A DNA stretch of 64,000 nucleotides from a bacterium (GTDB lineage Bacteria > UBA8248): NCBI GenBank assembly GCA_965202625.1, contig CBDBBI010000010.1, positions 1,728,001 to 1,792,000 on the forward strand. The letters run 5' to 3'. Below are positions 39,085 through 48,885 of the stretch, piece by piece (position 1 is the first letter of the stretch; every line of letters begins with the position of its first letter). The notes under the pieces are model-generated. The model was not told the DNA's origin and ran no database searches. It was given only the letters and a program-made list of their open reading frames with translations. The translations under genes and the position numbers were made by a program.

Positions 39085-40305
39085 CTAGCGATCTATCTCG
39101 CCCAGAACGATGTCGATGCTCCCGATGGCAGCCACGACGTCTCCCATCAGCCCTCCTCCAGTGATCTCGGAAAGCGCGTGGAGATTCGCGAAACTCGGCG
39201 CGCGCACCTTCACCTTGTAAGGACTTGGGCCGCCATCGCTGATGATGTAATAGCCGAGCTCGCCCCGGGGGGATTCGATGGCATGGTACACCTCGCCCTC
39301 CGGCACGCTGTAGCCTTCGGTGAATATTTTGAAATGGTGAATCAACGCCTCCATGTCATGGGCCAGCTGCTCCTTGGGCGGCGGCACCACCTTGGGGTTG
39401 TCCGCCATAAGGGGACCCTCGGGCACTCCCTCAAGCGCCTGCATGGCGATGCGACGGGATTGGCGCATCTCGGCAATCCGCACGAGATACCTGTCCATGA
39501 TGTCGCCCCGCGCACCCACGGGGACCTCGAAGTCGAACTCCTCATAGCCCGAATAGGGTTCGTTCTTGCGAATGTCGTAGGGGACGCCGCACGCCCTGAG
39601 CAACGGCCCGGTGACGCCCAGCGCAAAGGCCCGATCCGCCGTCATCGGGCAAACGCCCCGCGCGCGCCTTCTGTAGATAGGGTTGTCCGTGAGCAACTCC
39701 TCATACTCGTCCACACGCTCGGAGAAGGGGGCGAGAAAATTCCGGCAATCCTCATAGAAGGCCGCGTAGGGCTCCCGGGAGACGCCGCCCACCCGAAAAT
39801 AGCTCGTCATCATGCGCACTCCGGAGACTTTCTCGAAAATTCGGAGAAGCTGCTCCCGCTCTCTGAAGCAATACAGAAAGACGGTCATCGCGCCCAGGTC
39901 GAGGGCGTGGGTGCCGAGCCAGACCAGATGGCTGTTCAGGCGCGTCATCTCGGCGAGCAGCACGCGCAGATACTTACAACGGCGGGGAACCTCCAGTCCC
40001 AGAAGCTTCTCCACCGCCAGAACGAAGCCGAAATTGTTCGACATCGGCGCGAGGTAATCCATGCGATCGGTCATGGGGAGTGCCTTGTTGTAGGTTTTCT
40101 CCTCCATGTTCTTCTCAATGCCGGTATGCAGATACCCGATTATCGGCTTGCAGGAGAGTACCGTCTCGCCATCAAGCTCGAGCACCACGCGCAACACGCC
40201 GTGGGTGCTCGGGTGTTGCGGCCCCATGTTGAGCGTCATCGTCTCGGTCTCTATGGGGCCGAGCATGTCACTGTCGAGCGGGTGCTGCGCTTGTTGCGTG
40301 GCCAT
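39085..40305 (-). CDS. nuoD: NADH-quinone oxidoreductase subunit D (complete operon)
   Basis: NMGPQHPSTHGVLR, MEALIHHFK, DIVLGEIDR; GGAGG RBS before ATG 40305. Confidence 0.96.
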   Translation of the reverse strand: MATQQAQHPLDSDMLGPIETETMTLNMGPQHPSTHGVLRVVLELDGETVLSCKPIIGYLHTGIEKNMEEKTYNKALPMTDRMDYLAPMSNNFGFVLAVEKLLGLEVPRRCKYLRVLLAEMTRLNSHLVWLGTHALDLGAMTVFLYCFREREQLLRIFEKVSGVRMMTSYFRVGGVSREPYAAFYEDCRNFLAPFSERVDEYEELLTDNPIYRRRARGVCPMTADRAFALGVTGPLLRACGVPYDIRKNEPYSGYEEFDFEVPVGARGDIMDRYLVRIAEMRQSRRIAMQALEGVPEGPLMADNPKVVPPPKEQLAHDMEALIHHFKIFTEGYSVPEGEVYHAIESPRGELGYYIISDGGPSPYKVKVRAPSFANLHALSEITGGGLMGDVVAAIGSIDIVLGEIDR

Positions 40306-40321
40306 AGCGGCCTCCTGCTCC

Positions 40322-40882
40322 CTATTCCACCGCTTGGGGCTTGCCCGGGGGCGTGTCCCTGAAAGTGAACGCCACCGGCTCGGAAGAGATGTCAAAATCC
40401 TTGCGGTGGGGATAGCCCTCGAACCCCTCGGGCGTGAGAATACGCTCCAGCTCGGGATGTCCCTCAAAAGCGATCCCCAGCAGGTCGTACGCCTCGCTCT
40501 CATGGAGTCTCGCGCCCGGCCACACCCCGCAGACGCTGGGCACAGCCGGCGCCAGATCGTCCGCGCAAGGCGCCTCAAGGCGCAGACGCCTCGACTTTTC
40601 CATATTGAGGAGCGAATACGTCACCTTGAAACGATAGGGAACCGGCAGCTCCAGACAATCCACCCCGCAGACGAAACTCAACAGGTTGTATCCCCTTTCA
40701 TCACGCAGAAAACGCGCCGCCTCCAGCATCGCCGTCGGCGCGATTCGCGCGAAGATTTGGCCGCAATTCTCGCCCGCCCCGAGAAAATCTTCCCCGATCT
40801 TCACCCTCAACAAAACGATATCGGGGTCTTTTTTCCAGGTCGGCACATCCGCCTCCGCCCGCTCTCGCTCCTTTTCAGCCAA
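40322..40882 (-). CDS. nuoC: NADH-quinone oxidoreductase subunit C (complete operon)
   Basis: HESEAYDLLGIAFEGHPELERIL..YPHRKDF; TTG start with AAGGAG RBS. Confidence 0.9.
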   Translation of the reverse strand: MAEKERERAEADVPTWKKDPDIVLLRVKIGEDFLGAGENCGQIFARIAPTAMLEAARFLRDERGYNLLSFVCGVDCLELPVPYRFKVTYSLLNMEKSRRLRLEAPCADDLAPAVPSVCGVWPGARLHESEAYDLLGIAFEGHPELERILTPEGFEGYPHRKDFDISSEPVAFTFRDTPPGKPQAVE

Positions 40883-40995
40883 CGGCTTCGCTCCTTCATT
40901 CCTCAAAAGCCCGTTTGCGCTTCACGAACAGGCTCCTCGCACCGTATTCGCGCCGCTTCTCAACTCAAAATGGCGTGGGAATGTTCGCGCGTCGT

Positions 40996-41493
40996 CTAAA
41001 GCGTGGCGGCCCTGGAATCCTCTCGGTAGAGCCGCTCGCTCGCAATCTTCGCCTGGAGCTTCATGATGCCGTCAATGAGCGTCTCCGGGCGAGGCGGACA
41101 GCCCGGAACGTAAATGTCAACGGGCACGACCTCATCCACACCTTGTACAAGCGCGTAGTTGTTGAATATCCCGCCCGTGGAGGCGCACGCGCCCATGGAG
41201 ATCACCCATTTCGGCTCGGGCATCTGATCGTATATCTGGCGGAGCACGGGCGCCATCTTGCGCGAGACCCTGCCCGCCACGATCATGAGATCTGCCTGGC
41301 GGGGCGACGCGCGAAACACCTCAGCACCGAAGCGCGAGATGTCATATTTCGCCGCCGAGGTTGACATCATCTCGATGGCGCAACACGCCAGGCCAAAAAG
41401 CGCGGGCCACAGGCTGTTCTTCCGCGCCCATTTGATGACGTCGGCCGCGCGGCCTAGAACCAGCTGGCCCTCCAGTTGCTGTTCTAGTCCCAT
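40996..41493 (-). CDS. nuoB: NADH-quinone oxidoreductase subunit B (complete operon)
   Basis: [26 protein letters not shown]. Confidence 0.95.
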   Translation of the reverse strand: MGLEQQLEGQLVLGRAADVIKWARKNSLWPALFGLACCAIEMMSTSAAKYDISRFGAEVFRASPRQADLMIVAGRVSRKMAPVLRQIYDQMPEPKWVISMGACASTGGIFNNYALVQGVDEVVPVDIYVPGCPPRPETLIDGIMKLQAKIASERLYREDSRAATL

Positions 41494-41840
41494 TCGAGCG
41501 CTCCCCGACGCCATTCATATACCAGGCTGGCCAGCAGCAGGCCCATGAAGGGCAGAATTGCGAGAAACCCATAGACGCCCAGACGCTTGAGGTTCACCGC
41601 CCACGGGTACAAAAAAATGGTCTCCACGTCAAAAACGATGAACAAAATAGCCACTAGAAAGAATTTCACGCTGAAACGCCCTCGTGCGTTCGAGCGGGGG
41701 ACGATGCCGCACTCATAGGGGAGGTCCTTCTCCACCGTGGACTTGCGCCTTCCCATCAGAAAGGTCACGAGCAGGTTCAGGACGGCGAACGCAGTCGCCA
41801 AAGCGATCAGTATCAATATGGGCAAGTATTCTTCCGGCAT
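41484..41840 (-). CDS. nuoA: NADH-quinone oxidoreductase subunit A (complete operon)
   Basis: [27 protein letters not shown]. Confidence 0.95.
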   Translation of the reverse strand: MPEEYLPILILIALATAFAVLNLLVTFLMGRRKSTVEKDLPYECGIVPRSNARGRFSVKFFLVAILFIVFDVETIFLYPWAVNLKRLGVYGFLAILPFMGLLLASLVYEWRRGALEWD

Positions 41841-41901
41841 CCCTCGCCTCCTGAAGCACAACGTCTTCGTCTCGCTTTGCGCCCATCCTCACGCGAGCCG
41901 C

Positions 41902-41931
41902 ATCTTACGGCTGGCGTCCCGCCAGTGTCAA
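41902..41931 (-). promoter_or_regulatory. Putative sigma70 promoter of the complete nuo operon, with a dyad in the spacer
   Basis: Minus-strand TTGACA-N18-TAAGAT; spacer contains the CTGGCG-N3-CGCCAG inverted repeat (41911-41925). Confidence 0.55.
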
Positions 41932-42186
41932 CAATACGGCGCGCCACGAGAGGAAGCCGCATTCCAAACGAATGCGGCCCAAACCGCGCCTTCGGCAAAC
42001 GCGCCCGCCGATCAAGGTTTCCATCGCGCGCGTCATCAAGGCTAAATTTGTGGAAATCGCCCCTCGCCGCCGTCGGCTCCTTGCGAGAGCGAGAGCGTTC
42101 TCTTAAGTTTTAAGTTGCGCGCGCCAGAGAGCGGGCGATACAATTTCCTTGGCGTTTCCCACGCCGCCAGGGGAGGATTCCACGAC

Positions 42187-43356
42187 ATGAACACCGCGCC
42201 GCATCTGAAGACAAACGCGCGTCTCGACGCCCTTCTCCGTGATTTTGAAGCGCTCGCGGGACGGCAGTTAGGCTATCCGTGCAACCAGAATTTCGACTAC
42301 TCCGCCCTGCTGCCCTTTTTTCAGTATTGTCCCAACAACGTCGGCGACCCCTTTCACGACAGCAATTTCCGTAGCAACACCCACGAGATGGAGCGCGAGG
42401 TCATCACCCATTTCGCCGGCCTGATGCGGCTGGAGGAGGAGCGCGCCTGGGGCTACGTCACCTCCGGCGGAACCGAGGGCAACATGTACGGCCTCTATAT
42501 GGGGCGCGAGCTGTTCCCCAACGGCATGGTGTATTTCTCCCAGGATACGCACTACAGCGTCATCAAGATATTGAGCGTGCTGAACATACGCAACATCATG
42601 ATCAAGAGCCAGGAGAACGGGGAGATAGATTACGAGGACCTGCGCGAGACGATACGCATCCACCGGGACGTCCCCGCCATCATCATGGCGAACGTCGGCA
42701 CGACGATGAAAGGAGCGGTGGACGACGTGGACAAGGTGCGCGGCATCCTTGACGACCTGGCGGTGACGAACTCCTACGTTCACGCGGACGCCGCCCTGAG
42801 CGGCATGATCCTGCCCTTCGTCGAGAATCCGCAGCCCTACGGGTTCGACGCCGGCTTCGACAGCGTGTCGATCAGCGGGCACAAGCTCATCGGCTGCCCG
42901 CTGCCCTGCGGCGTCGTCCTCACAAAGCGCGACTATGTGGCGCGCATCGCGCGCGCCGTAGAATACGTGGGCGTGCTGGACACCACGCTGTCAGGCTCGC
43001 GCAACGCGCTGACGCCCCTCATGCTGTGGTATGCGCTGAATTGCCATGGGCCGGAGGGGTTCCGAAAGCTCGTGGCGGAGATGCTGGGAGTCGCCGAATA
43101 CGCGGTGGAACGCTTCAACCACCGGGGGGTTTCCGCCTGGCGGCACCGCAATTCGGTCACGGTCGTTTTTCCGAGGCCGGCGCCCGACGTCTTGCGCAAG
43201 TGGCAAATCGCCCCGCTGGGAGACATCGCCCACCTCATCACCATGCCGCACGTCACGCGGGAGATGATAGACGAGTTCATAGACGACTGCACAAATGCGC
43301 AACAGGGGCGGAAGCCCAGGGAGGATTCTGCATGCATCGAATCATCATCACGGTGA
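42187..43356 (+). CDS. hdc: PLP-dependent histidine decarboxylase (group II decarboxylase)
   Basis: GYPCNQNFDYS, WGYVTSGGTEGN, HADAALSG, SISGHKLIGCPLPCG (PLP lysine), GSRN. Confidence 0.88.
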   Translation: MNTAPHLKTNARLDALLRDFEALAGRQLGYPCNQNFDYSALLPFFQYCPNNVGDPFHDSNFRSNTHEMEREVITHFAGLMRLEEERAWGYVTSGGTEGNMYGLYMGRELFPNGMVYFSQDTHYSVIKILSVLNIRNIMIKSQENGEIDYEDLRETIRIHRDVPAIIMANVGTTMKGAVDDVDKVRGILDDLAVTNSYVHADAALSGMILPFVENPQPYGFDAGFDSVSISGHKLIGCPLPCGVVLTKRDYVARIARAVEYVGVLDTTLSGSRNALTPLMLWYALNCHGPEGFRKLVAEMLGVAEYAVERFNHRGVSAWRHRNSVTVVFPRPAPDVLRKWQIAPLGDIAHLITMPHVTREMIDEFIDDCTNAQQGRKPREDSACIESSSR

Positions 43357-43724
43357 AAAACGACGTCGGAGTCATCGCGGACATCAGCAAGACGCTGGCC
43401 GATGCGAACGTGAACATCCAGGCGCTCAACACCGAGGCGGCCGGCGAGAAGGGCGTCGTCATCCTGACGACGGACGAATCCGACCACGCCCTGCGCGCGC
43501 TCAAGAACGCGGGCTTTCGGGCGGTCACGGACGAGGCGATGGTCATCAGGCTGCGCGACGAGCCGGGCGCGCTCGCCAGGGTGGCGGAGAGGTTCAAGAA
43601 CGCAGGGGTGAACATCCGCAGCATGCACATACTGGATCACCACGCCGGCCACGCGACGGTCGCCCTGACCGCCGACGATCAGGCGAAAGCGAAAACGCTG
43701 GTCGGGGACGAGAACATTCTCTGA
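43332..43724 (+). CDS. Tandem ACT-domain protein
   Basis: KNDVGVIADISKTLADANVNI and DEPGALARVAERFKNAGVNI ACT repeats; overlaps the hdc 3' end. Confidence 0.85.
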   Translation: MHRIIITVKNDVGVIADISKTLADANVNIQALNTEAAGEKGVVILTTDESDHALRALKNAGFRAVTDEAMVIRLRDEPGALARVAERFKNAGVNIRSMHILDHHAGHATVALTADDQAKAKTLVGDENIL

Positions 43725-43795
43725 AGATGAAGCGCCGCGCGCGCAGAAAACGCCTCGGCAGAAAGCGCCGGCCTGAACACCCATGGAGACTGGAG

Positions 43796-44320
43796 ATGAC
43801 GAACGCCCGAAAACGAAAACCGATCTTGCGCCTGTCCGTCGCCCTGGCCATGCTCGCGCCGCTTCTCTTCGCCTCCGGAGCGTCGGGAGAAATTTCAGAT
43901 ATCAAACGTTTCGAACTCTTCGCCGCGTGCAAGCCGATGCACCTTGTCGTGGAACGCTTGCCCTCTGACGCGAGCAAGATCGGCCTCACTAGAGAGGCGA
44001 TTCAGGCTGCCGTCGAGAGCCGCCTGCGTTCGGCGCGTATTTATGAACCAACGCGATCAGCGCTTTTCCTCTACGTCAACGTGAACGTCGTTGGCAGGGC
44101 GCATAGCCATAGCATCGCTCTGGAGTTCAATAAAAGGGTTCACGACCCTTTGTCGGGTATAACCTCTGTAGCGACTACATGGCAGACTGGCAGTATCGGC
44201 ACGAACGGCGGGTATGCGGGAAACGTTCTGTCCTCGGTGTCCGAGCACATAGACGAGTTTCTCGTCGAATATCTGCGCGTGAACGAGAAGGCGTGCGCGA
44301 AGCGTTTCGCCGCGCCGTGA
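43796..44320 (+). CDS. Hypothetical exported protein
   Basis: GGAG RBS; basic then hydrophobic signal peptide (MTNARKRKPILRLSVALAMLAPLLFASGASG); two Cys in the mature part. Confidence 0.65.
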   Translation: MTNARKRKPILRLSVALAMLAPLLFASGASGEISDIKRFELFAACKPMHLVVERLPSDASKIGLTREAIQAAVESRLRSARIYEPTRSALFLYVNVNVVGRAHSHSIALEFNKRVHDPLSGITSVATTWQTGSIGTNGGYAGNVLSSVSEHIDEFLVEYLRVNEKACAKRFAAP

Positions 44321-44393
44321 GCCGAGAAGGAAGAGGGAACATGAAACCGATGCGCATCGGCGCGCGTTTTCGCAATGGAGACGCTGCGGAACC

Positions 44394-44419
44394 GTAGGGA
44401 CAGGTGCGCGACCTGCCCC
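44394..44419 (+). repeat. GTAG-type REP-like palindrome
   Basis: GTAGGGACAGGTGCGCGACCTGCCCC: GTAG tetramer running into a hairpin (GGGACAGGT/ACCTGCCCC, 8 of 9 pairs) between convergent genes. Confidence 0.45.
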
Positions 44420-44562
44420 GCAAAGCGCATCCGCACAGCCCTTTCAGCCGAAAACCGGCGGAGAGTGGGGTTCACCGCCTCTCACAAAGGCGCTTTCACT
44501 GGTTGCGCGCGCGACCTTCACGGAATAAGCACGGGCGCGCAAGCGTCCTATCCCCTCGTGAA

Positions 44563-45432
44563 TCACCCCGCCAGAATGAGCAGAACGATGCCCGCCAGAA
44601 TCACCCCCCCGCCAAGGAGGGTTTCGCCGACGCGCTCGCCCTCCCCGAAGAAGAGATAGCCGATGGCGATGGCGAGCAGAATCTCGACCTGCTTCACCGA
44701 CTCCACGTAGGAGGTGAGCGTGAGGCGGTAGGCTTCCGCCTGGGCGAGGCTCGTGATGAAGGCGAAAAATCCCAGCGCCACGAAGCCCTTCCAGAGCCTG
44801 GGAGCCTGCCTGAAGCGCGCGGCGGATTTCCAAAGGGTCACGGGCAGGACGACCAGAGAGGCCACCGCATACGCCACGAGCGTGCCGAAGGGCCCATCAG
44901 AGAGCACCGCCGCCTGTTTGAAGGTGATGACCGAGGGGGCGTACATCAAAGAAGAGAGCAGCGTGTAGCGCATCCCCTTATCGGCGTAGATGGCGCGAAC
45001 CGGCTCGAACCAGCCGATTCGCGCGCGCGAGACGTTCAGCCCGTATACGCCCGCCAACGTCAGAAGCACCCCCGACAGCCCCCAGACGGAGGGCGCCTCG
45101 CCCAGCGTGATGAAGGAGAGTGCGACCAGCCAGATGAGCGAGAGTTTCCACAACGACGTCACCACCCCTATCGCGCCATGTAGAAGCGCCTTGGAGAGCA
45201 TGAGAGTGGCCAGGGTTTGAGAGAGGCCGAACAGGACGCACACCCACCAGAAGCCGGGCCGTATCTCGGGCACTCCCTTCATCCACACCGCCAGGGCGGC
45301 GAAAGGGAGCAGAAACGCGAATCGCCCCAGGACGTTGATGTATGCGTCGAGCTGGTGGCCGATAGATTTCATCGCCGCGTTTCGAGACGCCTGCGCGAGG
45401 GCTGCGACGACGGAGAACGCTACCCAGTCCAT
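44563..45432 (-). CDS. DMT/EamA family transporter
   Basis: About 10 hydrophobic segments in two repeats; LGEAPS and FFGEGE loop motifs. Confidence 0.85.
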   Translation of the reverse strand: MDWVAFSVVAALAQASRNAAMKSIGHQLDAYINVLGRFAFLLPFAALAVWMKGVPEIRPGFWWVCVLFGLSQTLATLMLSKALLHGAIGVVTSLWKLSLIWLVALSFITLGEAPSVWGLSGVLLTLAGVYGLNVSRARIGWFEPVRAIYADKGMRYTLLSSLMYAPSVITFKQAAVLSDGPFGTLVAYAVASLVVLPVTLWKSAARFRQAPRLWKGFVALGFFAFITSLAQAEAYRLTLTSYVESVKQVEILLAIAIGYLFFGEGERVGETLLGGGVILAGIVLLILAG

Positions 45433-45607
45433 TTCACGCTCCTCGCCATGACGAGAGAAATCAAGGCGTTTTCTACGCGCACTTGGGCGCTAAGTCCAGC
45501 AGGGAGACGGCGGCAATTCTCATCCGGCTATCTTCGGCGTCTGACAAAAAAGAGCGCGTGTGCTAGGCTTGTGCGGACGATTCATCCTTCAGAAGGGGCC
45601 TTCGCGC

Positions 45608-46636
45608 ATGATACGAGACGACGTTTTCGTGTTCGACAACGTGGTCCACATGTATGACTACTCGGACGAGAATCTCCTCTCGGCGCAGAGCGCATACGAT
45701 CGCCACTATCACGTGAGCAAAGTGATCGGCAGAAGGCGGACGTCGCCTTCCGACGTCTATGCGGAGTGGGACCCGGTGGAGGGCTTCAAGCGCCGTTGGA
45801 GCGTGGAAGACATGGGTCGCCTCGTCTTCGAGGATTCTGGCACGGACATGGCGATGGCCCAGGCGGTGCCCTTATTCGACTTATACAAGGACGGCTTCGC
45901 GCCGGTGCGGGCGCAGTACGCGTTCACCCAGGCGTATCCGGAACGCGCCCTGTTCTGCGGGGCGGTGGACCCGATGTATCCGAGCGTAGCCGCCGCCTGC
46001 GAGGAGATGGAGCGCCAGGTGAAGGAGTGGGGGGCGAAGTCCATCAAAATCTATAACGCCCACGTGGACGGGAAATCATGGGCGTGCGACGACCCCGAAA
46101 TCGCTTATCCCCTTTACGAGAAAGGGCGCGAGCTGGGGGTGCGGGTCTTTCAGTTTCACAAGGGAAACCCCATCACCAGGGCCAAATTGCGCGACCTCTC
46201 GCCCCTGGACATCGAGGGCGCCGCCATGGATTTCCCCGATCTGCTCTTCGGCGTCCACCATCTGGCGGTGCCCTATTTTGAGGAGGTCGTATGGATGGCG
46301 AACCGCTACGAGAACGTCTTTCTCGTTCTCTCGGGCGTCGGCCACACCCCTATGATCGCGCCAAGAACCTTCACCGAGTGGATGGGCAGGCTGCTGCGCG
46401 ACGTGGGCGCGGAGAGAATTCTCTGGGGCTCGGAAATGGCGCTTCTCGGAAACGCGCGGCCCGTGCTCGAGTGGATATGGGAGATGGAGATTCCCGAATC
46501 CATGCAGGAGGACTACGGCTATCCGCAAATCACCGAGGAGGACAAGCGCAACATCCTGGGGTTGAACCAGGCGCGCATCTTCGGCGTGGACGTGGTGGCG
46601 AAGATGCGAGAGCTCTGGAGCGCAGAGACGAGATGA
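45608..46636 (+). CDS. Amidohydrolase_2 family protein
   Basis: FDNVVH, QFHKG, VHHL, ERILWGSE, DKRNILGLNQARIF. Confidence 0.85.
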   Translation: MIRDDVFVFDNVVHMYDYSDENLLSAQSAYDRHYHVSKVIGRRRTSPSDVYAEWDPVEGFKRRWSVEDMGRLVFEDSGTDMAMAQAVPLFDLYKDGFAPVRAQYAFTQAYPERALFCGAVDPMYPSVAAACEEMERQVKEWGAKSIKIYNAHVDGKSWACDDPEIAYPLYEKGRELGVRVFQFHKGNPITRAKLRDLSPLDIEGAAMDFPDLLFGVHHLAVPYFEEVVWMANRYENVFLVLSGVGHTPMIAPRTFTEWMGRLLRDVGAERILWGSEMALLGNARPVLEWIWEMEIPESMQEDYGYPQITEEDKRNILGLNQARIFGVDVVAKMRELWSAETR

Positions 46637-46971
46637 GAGACTACGACGCCCTCACCTCGGACGTGGAGGACATCATCGAAACACAGATTCGCCCGCTTCT
46701 CAAGATTCACGGCGGCGGAATCTCGCTCAAAAGCGTGAGCGAGAGGGGAGAGGTGTCGCTTCGCTTTGAGGGGGCGTGCCGGGGTTGCGCCCTCAAAAGC
46801 GTCACTTACGCCCTGGGCGTCCGACAAAAGCTCATGCAGCATCCGGAGGTATCGGACGTGACGGTCGAGGGCGTTCGCCTCTCCAGGCACGCCATCAAGC
46901 GGGTCGAGAAATTCTACTCCGGCTACTCGTTCTGGGTGGGGCATCCGGTCAAAAGCCCCTCATCCCCTTGA
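46633..46971 (+). CDS. NifU C-terminal-domain (Nfu-like) Fe-S carrier protein
   Basis: IRPLLKIHGGGI...LRFEGACRGC CxxC motif; ATGA overlap with the upstream gene. Confidence 0.85.
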   Translation: MRDYDALTSDVEDIIETQIRPLLKIHGGGISLKSVSERGEVSLRFEGACRGCALKSVTYALGVRQKLMQHPEVSDVTVEGVRLSRHAIKRVEKFYSGYSFWVGHPVKSPSSP

Positions 46972-47585
46972 TCGCCGCGCGCTACCGAAACGCGAAGAGC
47001 CTGCGTCTTTTGTCCGGTTGGTTCATCCTGTTCGCCATCTTCGTCATTCTGGCGATCATCATCGGCGTCAGAAACTCCATCGGCGTCTTCTTCAAAGAAA
47101 TCTCCGGCGCGTTCGGCTGGAATCGCGCGCAGACGGCCGCCGCCTTCACCATGCGCATGCTCGGACAGGCGGTGGCGGCCCCTTTCACCGGCTGGGCACT
47201 TGAGCGCTTCAACATACGGTGGGTGATAGCCGCGGGCATTATCGTGAACGGATGTGCCCTCCTCATCGGGGCCCACATAGGCGCGCTCTGGCATTTTTAC
47301 GCCATGTATTTTCTGCTCTCCGTGGGCTTCGCCCTCGGTTTCGTCCGGCCTACCGCGTCCTCCCTTCTGGCCGATCATTTCGCTGGGCCAGGCTTCGGTC
47401 TGCTGAACGGGTGCGCGATGATAGTCTTCTCTATCGTGGGTGCCCTCGGCCCCCTTGTGACGGGAATGCTCTTCGACGCGAGCGGAACCTACTACGGGGG
47501 CTTTCTCATCGCCGGCGGCATGTTCATCGCGGGCACGCTCTTCCTCGCGCGCCTCTCAAGGCTTCCGCGTCCTGAGCGCGGCTAG
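46968..47585 (+). CDS. Half-size (6-TM) MFS transporter with an in-frame internal deletion
   Basis: TTG start overlapping the Nfu stop; N-part aligns with TM1-4 and C-part with TM10-12 of the adjacent full MFS. Confidence 0.7.
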   Translation: MIAARYRNAKSLRLLSGWFILFAIFVILAIIIGVRNSIGVFFKEISGAFGWNRAQTAAAFTMRMLGQAVAAPFTGWALERFNIRWVIAAGIIVNGCALLIGAHIGALWHFYAMYFLLSVGFALGFVRPTASSLLADHFAGPGFGLLNGCAMIVFSIVGALGPLVTGMLFDASGTYYGGFLIAGGMFIAGTLFLARLSRLPRPERG

Positions 47586-47589
47586 GTTC

Positions 47590-48849
47590 ATGGGGCAAAT
47601 GCGTCCGGGCGAATCGCGCCTCTGGTACGGCTGGGTGGTTCTGGTGGTCGTTTATCTCGTCATGCTCACGCTCATCGCCTTTCGCGCCACCATCGGTCCC
47701 TTCTTCAAGGAAATCTCCGGCGAGCTGGGCTGGAGCCGCGGGGCGACGGCGGCGGCTTTCTCGATCGGAATGCTCGCCCAAGCGGTCGTCTCGCCGCTGG
47801 CGGGCGTTTTTTCTGACCGCTGGAGCATTCGGGCCTCCATGTCGGCGGGCGTTCTGATATTCGGTCTCTCCCTGCTCATCGGAAGCCAAATCACCGCGCT
47901 TTGGCAGTTCTATCTGATGTACGTCGGCCTTTCCGCGGGCTTCGCCGCGGGCACGTGGGTCGCCCAGGTGCCCACGCTCTCCAACTGGTTCGTGAAAAAA
48001 AGAGGACTCACTCTCGGAATCGTCAACACCGCCCAGGGCGGAGCTTTCGGCCTAAACATCGCAACCCCCTACCTCATCGCTGGCCTGGGCTGGCGGATGA
48101 GCTATCTCGTTCTGGCGGGGACAATCTTGCTCATCGTCCTTCCCGTCTGCGCCATCTTCCACAGGGATCGCCCCTCCGACAAAGGCACCATCGCCGACGC
48201 CCCCTTCGTTCAGGCCGCGCCGGATGCGGAGGCCGCAAAACCGGCGCCCCCGCCGCCCAGCAACGCGCGCGTCTCTTTGCGCAACTTGCCGTTTTTCTTC
48301 TTTCTAGGCTCGTTTCTCCCCATGGCTTACACCTTCACGGGAATGCTCGTTCATCTCGTGCCCCACGCCACAGACCAGGGCTTCTCGCTAGAAGCCGCAA
48401 GCGTCCTGTTCGCCCTATGGGGATTCTGCCAGGTGGGGGCGAACCTCGTCAGTCCGGTTTCCGATAGGCTGGGGCGAGTTCCGACGTTCCTCATCGGGGC
48501 GGGTCTCGGCGTATTCTCCACCCTCGTTTTGGCTGTCTATGAACGGGGAGACCCAGAGGTGCGCTTCTATCTCGGAACGATGGCCAACGGCGCCGCCCTC
48601 GGTCTCATGCGTCCCACCGGTTCGGCGCTCCTGGCGGATTATTTTGAGGGCCCCGGCTTCGGGCGCGTGAACGGAGTGGCGATGATGGGATTCGCCCTCG
48701 TGGGCTCGGCGGGGCCGTGGGCGACGGGCGCCCTGTTCGACCTGCAAAGCTCCTATCTGCTGGGCCTCTCGCTCTTCGCGCTCATGTTTTTTCTCTGCGG
48801 CGTCTTCGCTCTGTTGCTCGGGTGGATAAAAAAGGATAAGAGAGAATAA
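47590..48849 (+). CDS. MFS transporter (12 TM)
   Basis: GVFSDRWSIR and VSDRLGR motif-A copies; NWFVKKRGL. Confidence 0.9.
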   Translation: MGQMRPGESRLWYGWVVLVVVYLVMLTLIAFRATIGPFFKEISGELGWSRGATAAAFSIGMLAQAVVSPLAGVFSDRWSIRASMSAGVLIFGLSLLIGSQITALWQFYLMYVGLSAGFAAGTWVAQVPTLSNWFVKKRGLTLGIVNTAQGGAFGLNIATPYLIAGLGWRMSYLVLAGTILLIVLPVCAIFHRDRPSDKGTIADAPFVQAAPDAEAAKPAPPPPSNARVSLRNLPFFFFLGSFLPMAYTFTGMLVHLVPHATDQGFSLEAASVLFALWGFCQVGANLVSPVSDRLGRVPTFLIGAGLGVFSTLVLAVYERGDPEVRFYLGTMANGAALGLMRPTGSALLADYFEGPGFGRVNGVAMMGFALVGSAGPWATGALFDLQSSYLLGLSLFALMFFLCGVFALLLGWIKKDKRE

Positions 48850-48885
48850 GTCACTGCCTGAGCGCCTGCGCCTTTGAGGATGCAC

